From NCBI RefSeq assembly GCF_001194135.2, contig NC_069002.1:26860058-26898228 (forward strand): 38,171 bases of DNA. Direction: 5' to 3'. Position numbers and translations under genes: made by a program. Numbering within the stretch: the first letter of the stretch is position 1; each line of letters begins with the position of its first letter. Below the pieces are notes generated by a model that saw only the letters and a list, made by a program, of their open reading frames with translations, was not told where the DNA came from and did no database searches. Source of the DNA: Octopus bimaculoides (Eukaryota). Below are positions 34,609-38,171 of this stretch, piece after piece.

Positions 34609-35793
34609 TCATCATCATCATCTTTTTACTGTCCATATTTCTTTATATAGTGGGTGCTTTTACGTGCCACCATCACAAGGGCCAGTCAGGCGGTACTGGC
34701 AACAACCAAACTCAAAAGGTGTTTTTTTTTATATGCCACCGGCAAGGGAACCAGTCCAGCAGCACTGGCAACAACCATGCTCGAATGTTTGTTTTTCATG
34801 TGCCAGTAAGGTGACGCTGGCAACAATCATGCTCGAAAGGTGCTTTTTACATGCCACCTGCACAGGAGCCAGTCAGTGGCCCTGGCAACAATCACACTCG
34901 GATGGTGCTTTTAACGTTCCACTGGCATGAGTGCCAATCAGGTGCTTCTGTCATTGGCCCCATCAGCGATTTTGATTTCACTTGCCTCAACAGGTCTTCG
35001 CAAGCACTGGTTATACACCACTGGCATAGGCCACAGGTTATGGTCTCACTTGGCATATCTCCAAAGGTCTCAGTCACTAGTCATTGCTTCGGTGAGGCCC
35101 AATGTTCGAAAGTTGTACTTCACCACCTCATCCTAGGTCATCCTCTTCTGCAGCTTCCCTTAACTGCTAGGGTGTGACACTTTTCCACGCAGCTGTCCTC
35201 ATCCATTCGCAACACGTAACCATACCAACACAGTCATCTCTTTTTCACACCACATCTGATGCTTCTTAAGTCCAACTTTTCTCTCAGGGTGCTTAGATTG
35301 TCGTGTATGCACACTGACATTACATATCCAGCGGAGCATACTACTTCATTCCTTGCGAGCTTACGCATGTCCTCAGCAGTCATGGCCCATGTTTCACTGC
35401 CATGTAGCATGGCTGTTCGTACACGTGTCATACAGTCTACCTTTTACTCTGAGCGAGAGGCCCTTTGTCACCAGCAGAGGTAAGAGCTCTCTGAACTTTG
35501 CCCAGGCTATCCTTATTCTAGCAGCTACACTTTCAGTGCACCCACCCCTGCTACTAACTGGGTCACCTAGGTAACAGAAACTACCAACTACTTCTAGTTT
35601 TTCTCCCTGGAATGAGACAGAAGTTGTTCTCTACACATTTTCAGGGTTTATTGCTCCTGAGCATTTGCGACAGACAAAAACTATCTTCCTAGTTAGCCTC
35701 TCTTTGATATTGCTGTACCTCTGATGTGTCCATAGCTTGCACTGGGTACATCTTATGAAGTTTCTACCTACGCCTTTTCTACAGATCGAGCAG
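34609..35793 (-). mobile_element. RTE-clade LINE 3' portion (decayed ORF C-terminus, 3' UTR, (ATG)n tail); 5' side ends at an assembly gap
   Basis: Minus strand reads CSICRKGVGRNFIRCTQCKLWTHQRY..CRKC..GEKLEVVGSFCYLGD..ARIRIAWAKFRELLPLL..RVKGRLY/VRTAMLHGSETW../DEVVKYNFRTLGLTEAMTSD*DLWRY, with stops and frameshifts; catcatcatc tail at ~34609. Confidence 0.9.
34655..34945. repeat. Degenerate ~50-70 bp tandem repeat (~4-5 units) in the RTE 3' UTR
   Basis: Recurrent tg(c/t)tttt..(a/g)tgccac..ccagtc..ctggcaacaa(c/t)ca..ctc(g/a)(a/g)a. Confidence 0.75.
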
Positions 35794-35893
35794 NNNNNNN
35801 NNNNNNNNNNNNNNNNNNNNNNNNNNNNNNNNNNNNNNNNNNNNNNNNNNNNNNNNNNNNNNNNNNNNNNNNNNNNNNNNNNNNNNNNNNNNN

Positions 35894-36271
35894 TCTTTTT
35901 GTTAAATTGACTTGTGTAAGTATGGCGTCCTGATGTGTTTCATCTGGTGTGCGTTGGCTGTTCGGTCTGTTTGTGAATACCGACTTTAGTGTAGTACACA
36001 GAGTGTTTAAATCTTTACTAATTTGTTCTTGTTTTAAAATGAATTTGTCGACAGTATCGTGTAGAGGAGGTTGTTGTTCATTGTTAGGTTTGTTAATGTA
36101 CATTGATTTGAGGGTTGTGCAGAAAAGTTGTAAATCATTACTAACCTGATCAGTGTAGTGAGTAGTGATTTCACTGTTTATCCTTTCCCGGGTGAGAAGA
36201 TTTGAGTCCTCAATTTTGTTATTTAAGGAAATGAGGTGTGAGTTAATATTTTTGAGTTCTTTAAGTATATC
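35894..36271 (-). CDS. Uninterrupted 126-codon reading frame of unknown origin (possible retroelement ORF1/coiled coil, or an exon), running into a gap
   Basis: No stop from GAT at 36271 to the gap: DILKELKNINSHLISLNNKIEDS..VSNDLQLFCTTLKSMYINKPN..ISKDLNTLCTTLKSVFTNRPNSQRTP.. Preceded by in-frame TAG, which could also be a splice acceptor. Confidence 0.35.
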
Positions 36272-37416
36272 CTAGTTTGTAATATATATAAATATACAGG
36301 GATTAGCAATTGAGTTGCTTCTCCAACATACTGAAAATTTAGAAATAGCAGTCAAAGAACTACTGATTCCAAACTACAAATTTTCTCCAAAGTGGATGGC
36401 GATATTTATGGCACACATAGAACAAAAAACCGGAGGGAAAAGCGTAAACAAGCCAAGCCTTTAGTTAATTGGATACGAATCGTTTCATGGTTAAGTGAAT
36501 GGAAATTTCACTATTNNNNNNNNNNNNNNNNNNNNNNNNNNNNNNNNNNNNNNNNNNNNNNNNNNNNNNNNNNNNNNNNNNNNNNNNNNNNNNNNNNNNN
36601 NNNNNNNNNNNNNNNNNNNNNNNNNNNNNNNNNNNNNNNNNNNNNNNNNNNNNNNNNNNNNNNNNNNNNNNNNNNNNNNNNNNNNNNNNNNNNNNNNNNN
36701 NNNNNNNNNNNNNNNNNNNNNNNNNNNNNNNNNNNNNNNNNNNNNNNNNNNNNNNNNNNNNNNNNNNNNNNNNNNNNNNNNNNNNNNNNNNNNNNNNNNN
36801 NNNNNNNNNNNNNNNNNNNNNNNNNNNNNNNNNNNNNNNNNNNNNNNNNNNNNNNNNNNNNNNNNNNNNNNNNNNNNNNNNNNNNNNNNNNNNNNNNNNN
36901 NNNNNNNNNNNNNNNNNNNNNNNNNNNNNNNNNNNNNNNNNNNNNNNNNNNNNNNNNNNNNNNNNNNNNNNNNNNNNNNNNNNNNNNNNNNNNNNNNNNN
37001 NNNNNNNNNNNNNNNNNNNNNNNNNNNNNNNNNNNNNNNNNNNNNNNNNNNNNNNNNNNNNNNNNNNNNNNNNNNNNNNNNNNNNNNNNNNNNNNNNNNN
37101 NNNNNNNNNNNNNNNNNNNNNNNNNNNNNNNNNNNNNNNNNNNNNNNNNNNNNNNNNNNNNNNNNNNNNNNNNNNNNNNNNNNNNNNNNNNNNNNNNNNN
37201 NNNNNNNNNNNNNNNNNNNNNNNNNNNNNNNNNNNNNNNNNNNNNNNNNNNNNNNNNNNNNNNNNNNNNNNNNNNNNNNNNNNNNNNNNNNNNNNNNNNN
37301 NNNNNNNNNNNNNNNNNNNNNNNNNNNNNNNNNNNNNNNNNNNNNNNNNNNNNNNNNNNNNNNNNNNNNNNNNNNNNNNNNNNNNNNNNNNNNNNNNNNN
37401 NNNNNNNNNNNNNNNN

Positions 37417-37494
<78 letters not shown>

Positions 37495-37509
37495 AATATA
37501 TACACACAC

Positions 37510-37830
37510 ATACACATGTGTTGGTGTGTTTATGTCCCTGTAACTTAGAGGTTTGGTAAAAGAAACCAATAGAATAAGCAGTAGGCTTACAAAGGATAAG
37601 TCCTGGAGAGTCAATCTATTTCACAAAAATACATAAATGCATATTTACACCTACACACGCACCAGGCTTCTTTGAGTTACTGTTTACCATATTCATTCGT
37701 AAGGCTTTTATTAACCCAGAGCTACAATGAAAGACACTTGACCATTGTGGATAGAGTGTGACAGAGATGAAAACGAGGAGATCGGAAAGTCACCTTCTTA
37801 ACCATAGAGCCACACCCATACCTGACATGG
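37510..37830. mobile_element. Two degenerate SINE family A fragments (3' part on +, 5' part on -)
   Basis: gttggtgtgtttatgtccctgtaacttag..aagtcctgg, and aaggcttt..gaaagacacttg..cttaaccatagagccac. Confidence 0.55.
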
Positions 37831-37951
37831 TTCTTAAATTTCATGGTGTGTCTGAAGTAAATACGGTATTGGAGAGCAGAAGGAAATATGCTATGGAGAG
37901 CAAGATGTTTAATTTAGAAACAACTGAATGGGTTATGGTGAGCAGATTTAT

Positions 37952-38171
37952 GATATTTAATTATCTAATTAATAATATTATCCAATTAATGATATTTAAT
38001 TATCTAATTAATAATATTATCCAATTAATGATATTTAATTATCTAATTAATGATATTATCCAATTAATGATATTTGATTATCTAATTAATAATATTATCC
38101 AATTAATGATATTTAATTATCTAATTAATGATATTATCCAATTAATGATATTTGATTATCTAATTAATAAT
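37952..38171. repeat. 39-bp AT-rich minisatellite, at least 5.6 units, running off the window
   Basis: Unit gatatttaattatctaattaat(a/g)atattatccaattaat starts at 37952, 37991, 38030, 38069, 38108 and 38147. Confidence 0.95.

Noticed and set aside
3207-37614. Long ORFs full of X in the ORF track (e.g. 10193-11311, 36392-37614)
   Set aside because: They run through N gaps and (TA)n/(ATT)n tracts and are not evidence of coding.

Overview
This is an AT-rich, repeat-dense animal genomic window with many N gaps. The repeat families (tRNA-headed SINEs, RTE LINE tails with (ATG)n ends, TTAA-flanked MITEs) look like those of an Octopus genome; that assignment is an inference. The only well-supported host gene is the 3' part of a spliced MGAT2 (GlcNAc-transferase II) on the + strand: three coding exons at 2779-2868, 13811-13935 and 18205-18460, with canonical GT-AG junctions that join in frame. 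Most of the rest is introns and intergenic DNA filled with SINEs, RTE and CRE retrotransposon remnants, Tc1/mariner and piggyBac-like MITEs, and microsatellites. The most notable signal is a set of hammerhead ribozyme (HHR) motifs inside the MGAT2 introns. (1) An apparently intact type I HHR with a GUC site lies at 7871-7941 on the sense strand, within a ~350-nt tandem repeat resembling a non-LTR retrozyme. (2) A tRNA-headed SINE ends in a minimal HHR and was inserted with a 10-bp TSD and an inverted tail copy (17599-18058). (3) A decayed Penelope-type minimal HHR lies at 15578-15615. All structures were folded by eye and no database search was run. Repeat boundaries are approximate unless TSDs/TIRs are quoted.
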